From Trichoplax sp. H2 (taxonomy: Eukaryota), in assembly GCA_003344405.1 (NCBI GenBank), contig NOWV01000013.1, forward strand, positions 682,001-746,000: DNA of 64,000 bases. Direction: 5' to 3'. The first letter of the stretch is position 1; each line of letters begins with the position of its first letter. Below, one piece after another: positions 12,332-26,646 of this stretch. A model generated the notes under the pieces. That model was not told where the DNA came from, ran no database searches, and saw only the letters and a program-made list of their open reading frames with translations. The position numbers and the translations under genes were made by a program.

Positions 12332-15300
12332 ATGACCATATCGGAAACAATATCGGAAAGAATCTACAGGTAATACGTTGAATTCATCATTTTAAGCATG
12401 AGTAGATTGGCAAGGATGAACAGGTCAAGATCGATGTCAGTAGTAGTCTTGATTGGAGGTGGATGCAAGTTGAGGCGATCCTTCCAGATGCCACTTGCAC
12501 TCCATCTTTCTTGTCGCGTAATGCAGATGATTCTTCACTTTGTCTGGTACAAGTCAAAGTCCCTGCTTGCAAGAGCAATAAAATCGCCGGATAAACAAGG
12601 ATCAAATACAACAGAGTCCTTCATCATCATCTTGTTGTAGCCAATGAAGGAAGGGCCTTGGGCTCTTTCTCTATTTCTTGGCGACATGCTAATCCATTTC
12701 ATCAGGACTGAATGCATTGACCAGTGGTATGGGTGTCGTGAACAAAAGCGATTTATCCTTCTACCACCGTTGACATTCTATCCATCAAAATGGATAAAAG
12801 ACGCTTCTCCTATTCGTCGACTTCAATCGTACTCTACAGCCAGTGGATACAAGGGCATAGGCATTCTATTGCAACTTTTGAATACAGCTAACCTTCTCAC
12901 CCAATCAACTATGCCTCCATGATGTTGGAGAAGGATATCGATACGCGTCCATAACGACAAATGGATCTTTCATTCTGCTACTCGATCTCATCCTGATCGT
13001 ATTGACCTACAGTGCATGAATAGTCCAGTATACATTTGTTGTGTAAGTAAGTTATTCATGACCGCCTGCCATTCTCCATCCAAACTGCCCCCAAAAATAA
13101 CATACCGTATTGAATCCATCCTGTACAACAGTCGGCACTCATTGCTCATTAAATTTATAAAAATTCAAGGCGTTTCCTCGATTGCTACTGTAATCAATCG
13201 TCATATCAATCCAGGAATGATCACAATCGATCATCCACTCTATCACTTGCAATCCTAGTGGACTACTTTAGCCTTGAGTTATTGTGGTCAATACCTAGCT
13301 AGATTAAAGACTCCATCGATCCATTTTTTTTCCTCCTCTAATCAATTAAAAATGAATTCATGAATTAGGCCGTAATCCCGCCCACTATTGCTCTACTTTA
13401 TTCTATTCATAGACAGTGGACCCCAATTTTTTACCTTAATTTGCTCTATTTCTACTTCATCTATCCTATAAATGGATGATGAATAGACTACATTGTACGT
13501 AGCTAGAGACATACTGTAGATTGAAAGAAAATTGCAAGAATCAACCTTACTTTACGATCATAATAGCCATGGCAATATCTTTGGTATGCACAACTTTGAC
13601 ACTTACTCTAATGTCATTAAAATGCACATTACCCTTTCATTAGTATTCATTCTGCCTAACTTGCAAGTATACATCTCCTTTCTACTCTAGTATAACGTAA
13701 GGCACCCATTAAAATATCCATCTCTCTACTGTTGAATCAATATGAACAATTTCTCATCAAGATCATCCTGTAATACTGTCATCTCAATCAGGCTTTCTTA
13801 AACCCTTATTACAAACGTTTGGATAGCATCTGTAAAGTCATACTATCCAAGTCTATCATCGACGACAACGATATCCTACCAATCATTGACATTACTCAAT
13901 AGGACAGTTATTGTCATTACTGTTTAAACTTTGCCAAAATCAAACAATAATGATACCTACATTAGCACATTATTATACATTGCTCGCTTTGATATGGATA
14001 CAAGTTGATACTGGCATCGTTTGTTGTTAGCTGGATGAATACAGTAGCAATCATCAACCATGTACAACTAGATGAATGAATCAATAAGTTATCAGACTAA
14101 ATCAATCAATTAAAGAGTCGATCATGTTTTTCTTGAGCAGCTTTACGCCTCGATTCTTGAATGGAGCTATCGCTGGTACTGTGGCAGTTACTTGTACTTA
14201 TCCGCTGGATTTAGTCAAGACACGAATGCAAGAGCAGCGATCTCATAGTCAACGCATGTATCGCAACATGTAAGTGCTTGTTAAACAAATACCTTCTAAT
14301 CAATATCTACGCGTAAAATCCATTACTTTTACTCTCTTCTCAACCTACAATACAGTACTGTATATCAGCGAGAGATGAAGGATGACGATTAACTAGAAGA
14401 GACTTGCATATAAATTCCAATCCAGTGGTTGCCTTGTTGAAATCTATTTCAGATGGATGCAAGCTAGCGCTAGTTTGTCCTACGCTACAATGACTCTACT
14501 GTATATAATCTATCGCCACCTTTTTTTTTATAAACTTTTCACTTTCAATTACTCATTACTCGCCAGTCCATGCTCCGCTGGACTTGAGCGACTATTTGAA
14601 GCGACCTCATTGCAAGCTTTGCAATCAGATTCTTCGCTGTTGCACCACATAGTAGTGATCATGTAAATATCGAAAATAATTTACAAACACTTCCGATTCT
14701 CTACCACTACTTTAATAGCGTATTGTTTGATTGCATTTTATTGGCGACATACTATACTGATGGAAATAGATGGCCAGAACCGAATACAAGTACATTAGAT
14801 CTTGTATTGCAGTCACTTGTTCCATATAGCTTATTTACTTTATTCACGATACCCATTTATGTTTTAATCGTCAAAGTTTAGATTCAGGCATTGCAATTAG
14901 TCTTAATGCCATTATATCACATAAAATGCGGTCACTTGAAAAGCTACAATAATCAAAATTAATAGAATCCATGGCCATAGCCTTTCTACTGTACTATATA
15001 CACGTATGCCTACTTTTCTCAATTTTTAGTGATGAGAATGAGTATTATTTTGATATTGAAAGTACAGTTCATCATCATTTTAATCCATAATTAGACAAGC
15101 TGTATGACACGACTTTTCAGTTTAAGCGCCTAATAAAAGATGCTCGTAAGAATCACCAATAAAAACTTACTGACATACAGTACTTGATATTGAGTCACTG
15201 GGCGACGCATATCTCTGAATTATACGCAATGATTGCAATTACGCTGAAACCATGCAACTAATTGCATTTCTTTAATTGAATTCATTTTACACTCGTTGAT

Positions 15301-18002
15301 CGGAGCAATTTTCAAATTCATACAGTAGCAGTAATCTTGCCTACCAGTAAATCAATAATAATTTGTTGTCGTTGGCTCTTGAATACTTTAAGGCTTGATT
15401 GCTTCATAAAAGTCGGTAGGAGCGAGGGATTCCGTGGGCTGTATAAAGGTAGGAAAGCATAAACTATACCCTGTCGATTTTTCTTGTATCAAACTATTTT
15501 ATTTCTTGTTATGCATTTGAAGAGTATGTTTCCTATCTAGATGAAGGATGATACTTTTTTGGTAGTATAGTTGACGACGTATCCCAACTATGGTGTTGTG
15601 ACGATACAGTTAATGAGTTATGCTTTCGTGCTGTTGCTAATCAGAATTGAAAAACATGTAGTGTAAATTAGGTGCTTACGATGACACGTTTTCAATCAGC
15701 TGGAAAGCTAGAGCATACTAGATAAATGATTATCCAAACAGTTTTGTGATTAACTAAAAAGAAGAGTAATTTGCCGATAGTAACCAACAATTAGAGTATA
15801 CTTATAAAATGTCTTATCTGTCTATCTCCAAGTTAAAAATCTTAATGATAACAACGCGTATTAGTTGAATGACAGCATCTCAATTAATTAATACATATTA
15901 TGCGAATTGGCATCATCCAATTTAGGTTAAGCTTTGAAAATGCAAAAGTAGTACTGTAGTACTTGCCAAAAGAAACTAATATCAGTGTAAATCCATTATA
16001 TCATATTTAGGTTATGCGGTTAATATTGTTTTAATCAACCCTGAAAAAGCAGTTAAATTAGCTGTGAATGATGAACTTCGCCATGTATTTAAAGGAAATC
16101 GGTAAAAGCTGTTTACTATCTGAAGCTTATAGCTTCATCTTAACTATAACTCGACAGTACTCTACTGCTATGGACTGTAAGATAGATGATTTGAAGTACA
16201 GTAGTTTGTCAATTCAAAATTAAAGCTTCTTACTTACATTAGACGTCTTTCCATTTCCGGGATAATAGGAAAACTATACCTATTGCAGCGGAAATGGCAG
16301 CAGGAGCTGGTGCTGGATTCTGTCAGGTATAACAGCGAAAAAGTACTTTTACATTGGGCTATTGGTGCACTATGTAATTTGTGAAGGCTCTAGAGTCTAG
16401 ACTGATCAATCAATCTAACATGAAAGTTATAAAATAGTATTATTATTATTATAGAGTCTTTCTACGTAATAACTGCATTTCTTAAATGTATAGGTTATCA
16501 TAACGTGTCCCATGGAATTTCTAAAAATACACATGCAAATGGCAGGCAAAGCTGTAGCTCAGCCAGGTTCGCAGTTGTTTAACTATCTGTCATCAAACAG
16601 TTTGATAACGTTGATTCAGTTAATTTGTGTGCATTTGGAAGATGTATTGCTGCTATCTTGTTCTATACACCATCTTCTCATGCGTTTAGAGTTGGATACC
16701 TGCTACCCGTTTTACACATGAATTTCTTTGAGTAATGCCTGTTTTAATAAGTACTCTATATACACGTAGGCGGTGTAGAAGGGAAAACCGCTGCTGCATT
16801 TGCCGATAGCAAGAGGCCTTCAGCTTTAAAATTTGCAATTGGAGAGTTACGAAATAAAGGCATCAGCGGAATTTATCGTGGCCTTGGGGCTACCTGGATG
16901 AGGTACATACTTCGAGTTGCTACATAGACATTCAAGAGTTTTGGTGATAATATTATTGATCCGGGAATCACTAATTTTTTCTTTTGTTAATACGTATAGA
17001 GATATACCGTTTTCTTTAATTTATTTTCCAGCATTTGCTCACTTCAATAAGATGGTAAAGTTGCTGTATTTTGCTCTGACTATTACCTACTATAGCATTA
17101 GCAGGGTGTTAATTATGGTTTTACAAATACAACAGTCGTAGTAAGGATCAATGCATTTTTACTTGCAGGGAACTCGTGAAAATGGAAAGGTACCATGGCA
17201 ACACTCGATTTTAGCTGGCTGTCTTGCAGGTACTATGCTTGCTAGTTGTTTAGTTATGTTGTGTGCGATTATGCGGCGATAACGCTATGAACTACTTTTT
17301 TATTTCAGGTTCTATTGCTACAGTTTCTGTAAATCCTTGCGATGGTAAGTCTGCTATACGTATCGTTGCGCCCTTGGCTATTTTCTGAACCTATAGTATC
17401 TTTATAATCGTTTCAGCAGTAGTACTTGGCGTTTATTATATTTAACTTTAAAGTAGATGAGTTAATGGAATATTTTATAAAATGAACTAACTAATGCTAT
17501 AAAAATATCTGCAGTTATAAAAACTAGGCTGCAAGCTCTCGATAAAGATACAGGGAAAGCTAGATATAGTGGCATAGTTGACTGTGTCAGGTACTATAAG
17601 GAATTTTCAATCATAAAGAAGTCTAATTTCCATTTCAGGTTTCATAGGATATTGTTTGATTCAAATCCTAATACCTTGATATTCTTAATTTAGGACAACT
17701 TTCAAGCAAGAAGGAATTAGTACGTACAATGAACTATTTTAGTATAGCCTAAGATGATGTCTAATCTTACTTGAGTAGTTTTAATATATCTGTACATATG
17801 CAACACGGTAACTCGATAAATCATATATCCTGCCACTGTCAAGTTATTAACAATACTTTTTCTTGGTACCGTAGCTGCATTTTTCAAAGGATGCACACCA
17901 AGAATAATTGTCATCTCTCCTCTCTTTGGAATAGCGAATACTGTATATTTGCTTGGAGTAGCTGAACGGCTGCTCGGTAGGGATTACGTCCCTCCAGTTT
18001 AA
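12332..18002 (+). CDS. SLC25A22: Mitochondrial glutamate carrier (SLC25A22/SLC25A18-like), 13 exons
   Basis: First exon 12332-12369 ([12 protein letters not shown], phase 2) joins in frame to 14141-~14269 ([23 protein letters not shown]). Further exons: ~15393-15448, ~16011-16101 ([12 protein letters not shown]), ~16269-16326 ([12 protein letters not shown]), ~16493-16566 ([10 protein letters not shown]), ~16770-16902 ([12 protein letters not shown]), ~17000-17054 ([10 protein letters not shown]), ~17169-17229, ~17309-17344 (NPCD), ~17514-17590 (VIKTRLQ), ~17693-17718, ~17875-18002 ([19 protein letters not shown]). It has three PxD/ExxK carrier signatures. PEKAxKL, RDxPFS and PLFGI are typical of glutamate carriers. 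An alternative in-frame ATG lies at 14124. Confidence 0.92.
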
Positions 18003-18833
18003 GTGACAAGAATCCTTATAATTTTGGTCGATAGGACGGTCCTTAAGCTTATGAAGGAAATGATTAGACAATGAAACATTCTTAAAGATTTATGTTATAT
18101 TACGGTACAACCTCTGTTTTGATTCTCGATCAATCAGTTAAGCCAACTTCATTTTAATAATTTTTTAATTGCTATCGTAATTCTATCTGTTGTAATTTAT
18201 TTTATTTTATTAATTGTCTTTGCTTCCTTATTTATGGAGATATAAATGGCTCGCATTACAAATAGTATTTTAGCAATATTATGACTACTATATGATTTAT
18301 GTAATGCGTCTGTTTAAGGAATAAGCAAGCACAAAATCTACAATAAATTGAATACATTTTACTGTAAACTGTGATTTAACAGGTACGTACTTTTTATTAT
18401 AATTAGCCGTATTTTTCTAGAAACTAAAAATCTCAATCAAGTAGTTACGAAATATTATATTACATAGGATTGCAGAAAAGAGTGTCATCGGCAGTTACTT
18501 TGTAAGCGTCAACGAATTGAAACATAGGATCAAAGTACTTCAATGTACCCCTTTTTTAATTGTTATGCAGGAAAGTTAGCAATACTGTAGATAAAGTACT
18601 ACAATCTCAGGAATGTTTAGTAGCGCAATCTCTATGACAAACTATGACCATAATAAAATAGTTACAATAATAAACAATATTTCCAACATCTAATGTAACT
18701 TAGATTTATACAGAAACGTTATCTCATTAGATTGGACATGTCTGACTTAACTAGCATCAAAAGTAATACGCTTTCTATATTAGAAATTAGGTGGAAATGA
18801 TACAGTACAAGATGCGCAAAGTATAGACATTGG

Positions 18834-21757
18834 TTAAGAAATTGACATCACAGGTCTGGCTAATTTAGCCTGTAATCCTTCATTGGCAGCAGAAAATCCT
18901 GTACCTCCCTAATAAACAAATATAAAGCTTACATTATTGAGCGTACGAATTTCACATCTAAAAAAATATACCCAAATTTTAAACGACTTAGTTTTTGCAC
19001 CATGGTACTAGTGGTAGTTGATAAATTTGAGCCATTAAATATGGTAGTGGTATAGTAGTTCACGATTATGTAAACTTACCCTCTGTAACACAATAATGTC
19101 TTTCTCCGTTATCTTAGTGGACGTAAACGGATCGATCATATCTTTTTTCACGATTTTTTCGATACTTTCCATAGAGACTACTTTACCACTGAATAATATT
19201 TCGTCATTGTAGACAATAGATTTTAATTTTATTTTTATAGAGTATTCTATCAGAATATTAAAGTGCCATCAAGTTGTTAAAATTTGATTTACCTCGATCG
19301 TAGCACAGCTGCAGGAACAGAATTACTCAGAGTATCATGAGTGATTGGACACATATACCGAGCCTGATTAATGTTGTTGTTAAGAGAAGACATTAAATAC
19401 CGTCAACCGGTAGTTTCTATGCGTATAATGACTATCATTGTAACATGTAGACAAAATATGCCAAAGGTATCATATTACATCTTTGCATATGAGCGATCTT
19501 TTATCATCCTTGTCGACGATTTCAGTAAATTCTACAGGGATAAGGTCCTTAATTTTTATAGGTTTACCACTCATCGGGCAATATGTTTTGTTATCCTTTA
19601 TATAAAAGAAATTAAGTTACGACAAGAGTAAAGAGTCTTTTCCTATTTTGACAGATTTCTAGCGATGGACTTGTAAACTTACAGGCTTTTTAATTAATGT
19701 TGGCTTGGCTTGAGGTGTTAGTGAAGGAACCCAAAAACTAGTTAGATTCTTATCTTCAGTTGTAGAACTACTACTACTAGCTAGATTTTGAATGCACACA
19801 ATAGAATTATTGATATTTTCAACAGATCCACAGTAGAGAAAAACAACGCCAATCATTATGAGCTGATACCTTTTAAATCACTTTGTATGGAAGCCTTGCT
19901 AGTAAATGTGGAAGTTTTCGATGTTATGCTATTTTCTGTAAGATATTAATTGTAACTTGGATTAAGCATTTTTTAATCAGATATGTACTCTTCATCTTTT
20001 GAAAGAGCAGATTTCACGTTTTAATAAGCATATAATACTATAATGACACAAGCCAATCAAGAGGTTATATATGAAGAATATCTCCAAGAATGTTACACAA
20101 TATTAAATATTACATTAACATCAACTTTGTAACATTGAAAAATTGTTTTACCCGTACCTGTGGCTTTAAAAGCTTCAACTTTAGCTTGCTCTTCAGAAGC
20201 AGCTATTGCAGAAGTTTCTTTCTAGGTATTACATGAATAGTAATTGAAATCGATAACATTACATTGTAAATAGTTTAATTGGCAACTTGGCACTGGATAA
20301 TAATCATCATTTGAATAGGATCTACCACTACCATTTTACATCAGATTTTATAAAAGTTCTGAGCTAAGCAATACCACAACTTTAAGAAATTGAAAAAATT
20401 TGAATAAATGGTATTAATTCAATTACAACACCATACTTGCTGTTCTTTCAATTGTTTTTCATAAGCCTTCATTTTTAATGCAGCTAGAAGATGAATAACG
20501 ATAACATAATAGCATTAGTGTCTCTATACAATCATTGGCATTCACGGTTACTCAATCTTCGTTACCATCCAATTGAACAAGATGAGTCAATTTGATCAGT
20601 TAAGTTAAAAAGAGATCTTCTATGAATGTCTTGTTATAGTAATTCAATCTAAATGTGTAGAGTATTGGCTTTGGCTATCACTGGGTGTATGCAAGGAATA
20701 ATATTGAAGAAGTGTGATTATAATCGGATATCGTCTATAGGGTAAACTATGAATAGAGCATCCTATCGATTGAATAAGACATCTGATTGCAACAGAAGCC
20801 TGAGTTATTCTAGTATACCGTATAATAACTGTAATCTTTCAACATGCTACCCTGTAAGGTTTGACTTTCCATCATGTACAGTACCTTCTTTCTTTTGGCG
20901 TAGTAGTGCAGAAAATATGGCTTCCTTGTCGTAGAGATAACCATCAGGCCTATCGATGCATGATAAAACGTTCAAATTAGAGTATTTACAGGTTGGTTTT
21001 CTTTCTATCAGGATACTCGTGTACTTTACAATCATCCACTACCGTTAGCACTATCAGCAATGCCCTATCCATGCGATCGTAAGATGAGCAATGATTCCAT
21101 TGCTGAGTGTCTACATCTATCATACTAATATACTATACCGTGGACACACTTACGTCATAACAGGATCTCTGCACGGTTGCAATGTTAAACAGCAGCAATC
21201 GAAACCCTAGAGAACATGTTTACAGTTGTTTGAATATGATACAAAATGTACAAATTGTAGGCATGCATGCAGTATAGCTATGTGCTATCATGTTGAAATC
21301 AACTGTCTATGTCATGATAAAGTACATGGGTAATATGAATAGTATCCACTACAGCAATTATACTTACTCGAACAGAGTCTTTACTCAATCGAATGGATCG
21401 TGTCCCATAGCCGGAGATTTCTAAAACAGAAATGATATCCCAGTTTAGCGACAATACTAACATGGGACAGTCGAATGCAAACATTTCCATAAGGATTCAA
21501 CACCCCCTAGTTGTCCTCTTTCAACAATACAGTATTGATTCACATTGCACAGTCGAACTCAACACTAAGAGTTTAGAATAAGGAGAATTGCATTCAACAC
21601 CAACTAGTTGGTTATGCTTGACAAATGCGACATAATTAGTACTTGCTATCAACGCTATCAACTGAAAAGGATCAATGTGTACAGTACTTGTATCTTTCTG
21701 ACGCTCATGGTATGAGTAAACAGGTCCTGCTGTACAATTTCTCGAGTGTCGTGTCAT
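18834..21757 (-). CDS. NOSIP: Nitric oxide synthase-interacting protein (RING/U-box-like), 12 exons
   Basis: Exon chain read on the minus strand: MTRHSRNCTAGPVYSYHERQKDT / SGYGTRSIRLSKDSVR / GFDCCCLTLQPCRDPVMT / PDGYLYDKEAIF / ..KMKAYEKQ / .. / .. / NLTSFWVPSLTP / TYCPMSGKPIKIKDLIPVEFT / RYMCPITHDTLSNSVP / GKVVSMESIEKIVKKDMIDP..DIIVLQR / GGTGFSA..ARPVMSIS*. All junctions are GT-AG and in frame, and the motifs match NOSIP from recall. Confidence 0.96.
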
Positions 21758-22004
21758 TATTGAAACGCTGAATTGGATAAGTTGAAGTCGATGGATGCAA
21801 GAAATTGATCGATGGAGTAAATTGCCAACAACTGATCGATGGCAGACGAAGCAGAGTGATGAAGACCGAGGACTGTTTTTGGGCCTTGGCAATCACGGTG
21901 CTATATTGTGTTGAGTACAGTAGATTGATGATAGACTTGTGTATGAGGTGTTTGTTCTTTGACCAGTGCCCTACTGATGCTAGTACTGTACTAATAGTCC
22001 AATA

Positions 22005-22785
22005 CCAATGACCAGTATGTACTGAGCCTGCGCAAGCACCAGCCTGGCCTGAGTACCGTACCGTACCAGACCGAACCGTACCGTACCATAGTGACCAGTA
22101 GACTGTACTCACTACTGGCTATGTGAGCACTGGTACAGTCGCTACGGTGCTATAGTTTTTTCTTTTACCACGAAAATTTGATCGACTCACCGGACTTGTA
22201 CTGTCCAGTATGTACTGAGCCTGCGCAAGCAACAGCCTGGCCTGAGAACCGCACCGAACCGGACCGAACCGCTCTGACCAGTGACCAGTAGACTGTACTC
22301 ACTGCTGGCTATGTGAGCACTGGTACAGGCACTACAGTGCTATAGTTTTTCTTTTACCACGAAAATTGTATCGAGTCACTTGGACTTGTACTGTTCAGTA
22401 TGTACTGAGCCTGCGCAAGCAACAGCCTGGTCTGAGTACCGTACCGAACCAGACCGGATCATACCGTAACGTAGTGACCAGTAGACTGTACTCACTACTG
22501 GCTATGTGAGCACTGGTACAGGCACTACAGTGCTATAGTTTTTTCTGTTACCACGAAAATTGTATCGAGTCACTTGGACTTGTACTGTTCAGTATGTACT
22601 GAGCCTGCGCAAGCAACAGCCTGGTCTGAGTACCGTACCGAACCAGACCGGACCATACCGTACCGTAGTGACCAGTAGACTGTACTCACTACTGGCTATG
22701 TGAGCACTGGTACAGGCATTACGGTGCTATAGTTTTTTCTTTTACCACGAAAATTGTATCCAATCACTGGGACTTATACTGTATG
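22005..22785. repeat. ~192-bp tandem array, 4 copies, upstream of NOSIP
   Basis: ACTGAGCCTGCGCAAGC occurs at 22021, 22214, 22404 and 22598. Units contain ACCGT/ACCGA pentamer runs. Confidence 0.97.
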
Positions 22786-24659
22786 TTGTTAGTAAGACAG
22801 GCAAAGCCTCCCTTAGAACCCGTGGACTATACTGTTCTATGCTGTCAGTGGAAGTTAGTGCGTATCAGATCAATTTTCTCTATTTTTTCCCTTGATTGGA
22901 CTACGCCTGTTCTCAACTTGAAAACCTACTTCTGTACTTCAATATGCTATCGATTTTTCTAGCTGCCAGGTGAGGGAGGACTCTGCTGTTCACTGTCGGC
23001 GTTTTCTTCAGTCCATATTGAATTTTACATGGAAATTCACTAGAGTGTACAGTACAATATAATACAGTACTGTACTGTACACTGTACAGTGTGGACGGGC
23101 TAATTTGGATGATTTTTGTGAAAGTAAATGGAAAAAATCTTTGATTTCTTCCATAAATTTTATATGAAACGAAAGAGAATGACTTAAATTACAAGGATCC
23201 GTTGCCAGAATTACTATACAAAGCATAACTTCTTTATAAATTATGATTAAAGATAAACCCTTATTTCCAAAACTACAGTACGCAAAAATCTCCACACGAT
23301 ACAGTATATCGATCATAACGGTTCCGCACCAGACCGAACCGGTCTCAGATCTACAGTACACACGAATTTACTTACAGTATAATGTACTGTAACCGGATAC
23401 TGTACAATGTACTGTACACTCTGATCCATTTCGATGCAGAATTGAATTCCTAACTTAAACTACAAAGTCCATCAAAATTTAATAGAAGTGAGTATGCAGA
23501 CATCCAGAGAGATTGATCAATTTTACATAAAATGGATGAATATCCAAGCATTTTATTGCATTTTTCATAATCTGATAGGAAATTAATCACATCTCGTACT
23601 GGTACAGTGCTACTCTTTACAGTCGACACTATACAGTACTGTAATATAGTTACATAAACTGGCAGTCTCTTTTCTAGACTAGGAGTAATCGGTGCATACC
23701 GCAGATTGTATTACTTCAAATTTGAATCAATATTAAGTTGTTATTATTTTACGTCAATTGATATCATTCGCCAGTAGGATTAGTGCAGATGTCATTTTCA
23801 TTTTCTCCAATAAACCAACTCGCCAGAAGGATATAGGTGCAAGCAGATGAAGGATGAATTGAAATACCACAACACGAAAACTGTACAAGCGCTGCGACCC
23901 AAATGAGCCGTAGAAAGGTAAATATCAATTGAACTTGACTCTCTTTTGGACATCGACTACAATTATACTGTACTCTATTACTATAAAGTGGTTGATGATT
24001 GATCATGATGGTATGCTTATCGGTATAATGTAGACATACAAGACCAAGTAATCGTCATGTCATGACTACCTTAAGTTCAAAATATCTTACAATTCTGTCA
24101 TACAATACGATCTACGCAATAATGTGGAAAAGCCTCCTTAACACTGCATGATAGTGCATACGATCGTTGTTTTCCTCTATCTTGACTGTACTGTACTCAA
24201 AGAGTGATTGCATCCCATGCAATATTTATATCCAACCTTACTAACGCGATACTGTACTTGCTTAGTTACCTCGGCTTAGAGATATTGACTGAACTCTTGA
24301 AAGAGGAGTCAGTTGCATTTTCCATCCTATCAACAGCAACAGGGTTCATCCTACGCTACCTGATGGATGCAATAGTGAGCGCATAGTTCTAACACCAAAA
24401 ATTATAAAATGATGCAAAACAGTCAATCATGGACGCAATACATATACCGATATATACTGTACTATATACAGAATAGTAATAGATGATATTATTAATGAAA
24501 TTGTTGTACAGCTCCTCCGAATATTGTATTACTTGTATGAGACAGTATATCTGTATGTAATAGTCTTAACCACATAAACATGTAATTAAACCAATAGACA
24601 ATATGAGTTGAAAATAATGATATAGAATACGTAATGGATAGATAGATGGCCGCGCAACT

Positions 24660-25872
24660 ATGTCTATCTTTGTACAGTATGTGTACGTATACGATCAAGT
24701 TATAGCTCCTAAATTTGAGCGCACTGTGATGTTTCTACAGACATTGCCGCGCTGTAGATATACAAAAGAAGATTTCACCCAAGTTTACGATCTCGCTGCA
24801 GAGCTCGCACAGCAAGGAATAGTGCAAAGAGAAATATCACGTGAAATTTTGACCCGTTATAAAGGCATAGGTAAATCAACCGTTTACAAAGCAATCGCAA
24901 AAGCTCAAGAAAAACTACTTAACCAGGTCAACATGAACTCCAATAATTACCGCAAGTTATCCAACATCAATTCCAATGACAACCGCAAGTTATCCAATAA
25001 AGCTGCGACTGCTAAATCTGGTAAAAATGAAAAGAATTCCATCTACTTTACCAATTAATTCACCAATAAGGCTTGCTTGTAATAAATCAATCCTGGTATA
25101 TGAAGAATTTAATTTTATTTTCCTATCGACCTGTATATGTAGGTAAACAACCATCTATTGGCAAAGCGCAATCAGTACCTCAGTCTGCAAATGTATCAGC
25201 AACGGTAAAGAAGTTTCCGGCAACATTCTACTCATTTCTTTCTTTTCTACATTCTCTTATATACGCGTATAAAACATTCTATCATGTTGATAATTAGAAT
25301 AATCGATGCCATACTATACGCTATTGCTAGTGTATTACCCCTTGTTGAGCGTATTGAAAATGAACAAACGATATTACCGATATCAAGTTTTGGACCTAAT
25401 GGATAATTATAATTTCTTGGTAATAGGCTAACGATGGTAAGCGAACGACAAGGACCAATTATATTTTAAGAAATATAGAGTTAAAAAATCTTGGACCTCA
25501 ATTTGATGATTTAGATTTCTCTTGCTATTTCGATATGGATAATCGAGAACGTAAAAAATGCCCAAAAAGATATGATTTTCAAGTCAATAAAAAGTCAACG
25601 TAAGTACCAGTATCGATATTCATATATTCAAGGTTGAAAGGACATTTTTTATCACACTCTTAAAACATATTATTATGTATGTATTAATATAACCTCTTAT
25701 TAAAACAAGTGACACATGCGACTGCTTAAATGTGGATTGTCCTGGATGCTATTTCCCTTGCTCAGAGTGTGATTCGTTAAAATGTGGAGTTGCTTGTAGA
25801 GCAAATCGGAAGTGGGTATATGAAAAAGATGAGATAGAAATCGAGCCAATTCTACGTAGTAGAATGCAATAG
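24660..25872 (+). CDS. ARL14EP: ARL14 effector protein-like (ARF7EP_C cysteine-rich domain) with an N-terminal HTH-like exon; true start uncertain
   Basis: Exon 25710-25872 encodes [38 protein letters not shown], matching the ARF7EP_C pattern CDCLxxxCxGCxxPCxxCxSxKCGxxCRxxRxWxY. Exon 25427-25599 has LKNLGPQF, similar to the NPG motif of the family. Upstream exons 25143-25204 and (24660 or 24706)-25020 join in frame via GT-AG. Further 5' exons near 23900 and 24300 are possible but unresolved. Confidence 0.8.
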
Positions 25873-26442
25873 AGGTATTGCAATCACTGTAATCATCATA
25901 AAGGTGAACGGGATGGCAAAAAAATCTTCATGGTAATTATTCCCATATATTGTATATACGCGTATATGCTGTTTATTATTGTGCAACTCAGAAACAATAC
26001 ATCTTGTTATATCACCAGTTGTTCTTGTCTACTAGTGTGCAATAATAGTGTATGTTGAAATTGTGCCCTACTTTCCAGCGAATTCTTAATTTAATTATCA
26101 ACAAGACTTGAGAGGAGATGCAAGTGAATACCTACACTGATGTAATAACTACAATTACTGATACAAATATGAGTAGGCAATCTACTGTTAGAGGAGCCTA
26201 TTTCGTATATTCTTCACTACACTACTAAATTATTACTTTTCAATTTTACTATAAAGTATGGAACCCATTTGCAAGGTTGTCCAAAATTCGCTATTATTGC
26301 TGTAATAATAATAACATGATAAATAAAGATGTTTGATGCTCATTAACCTTGTCAAAAAACCTTGATAAAGCATTTGTAAAGATTGGTGATTGCTGACTAA
26401 CGTGTATGCAGTTTTCAAGAGAGGCAATTATTGTTTCAGCCA

Positions 26443-26646
26443 CGTTTACTCTATTAAATTATCTCTGCACTAGCTAGCGGAAAAAATTCATGACGGAAAT
26501 TGATTCGAATCTGACAGCAGTTAATTACTTTCAATATATTGACAACGTTTACTGAATTAAATTATCTCTGCGCTAGCGGAAAAAAATTCATGACGGAAAT
26601 TGATTCGAATCTGACAGTAATTAATTACTTTCAATATATTGACAAC
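26443..26646. repeat. Direct tandem duplication, ~100 bp x2
   Basis: ATTAAATTATCTCTGC..GCTAGCGGAAAAAATTCATGACGGAAATTGATTCGAATCTGACAG..ATATATTGACAAC is present twice. Confidence 0.9.
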
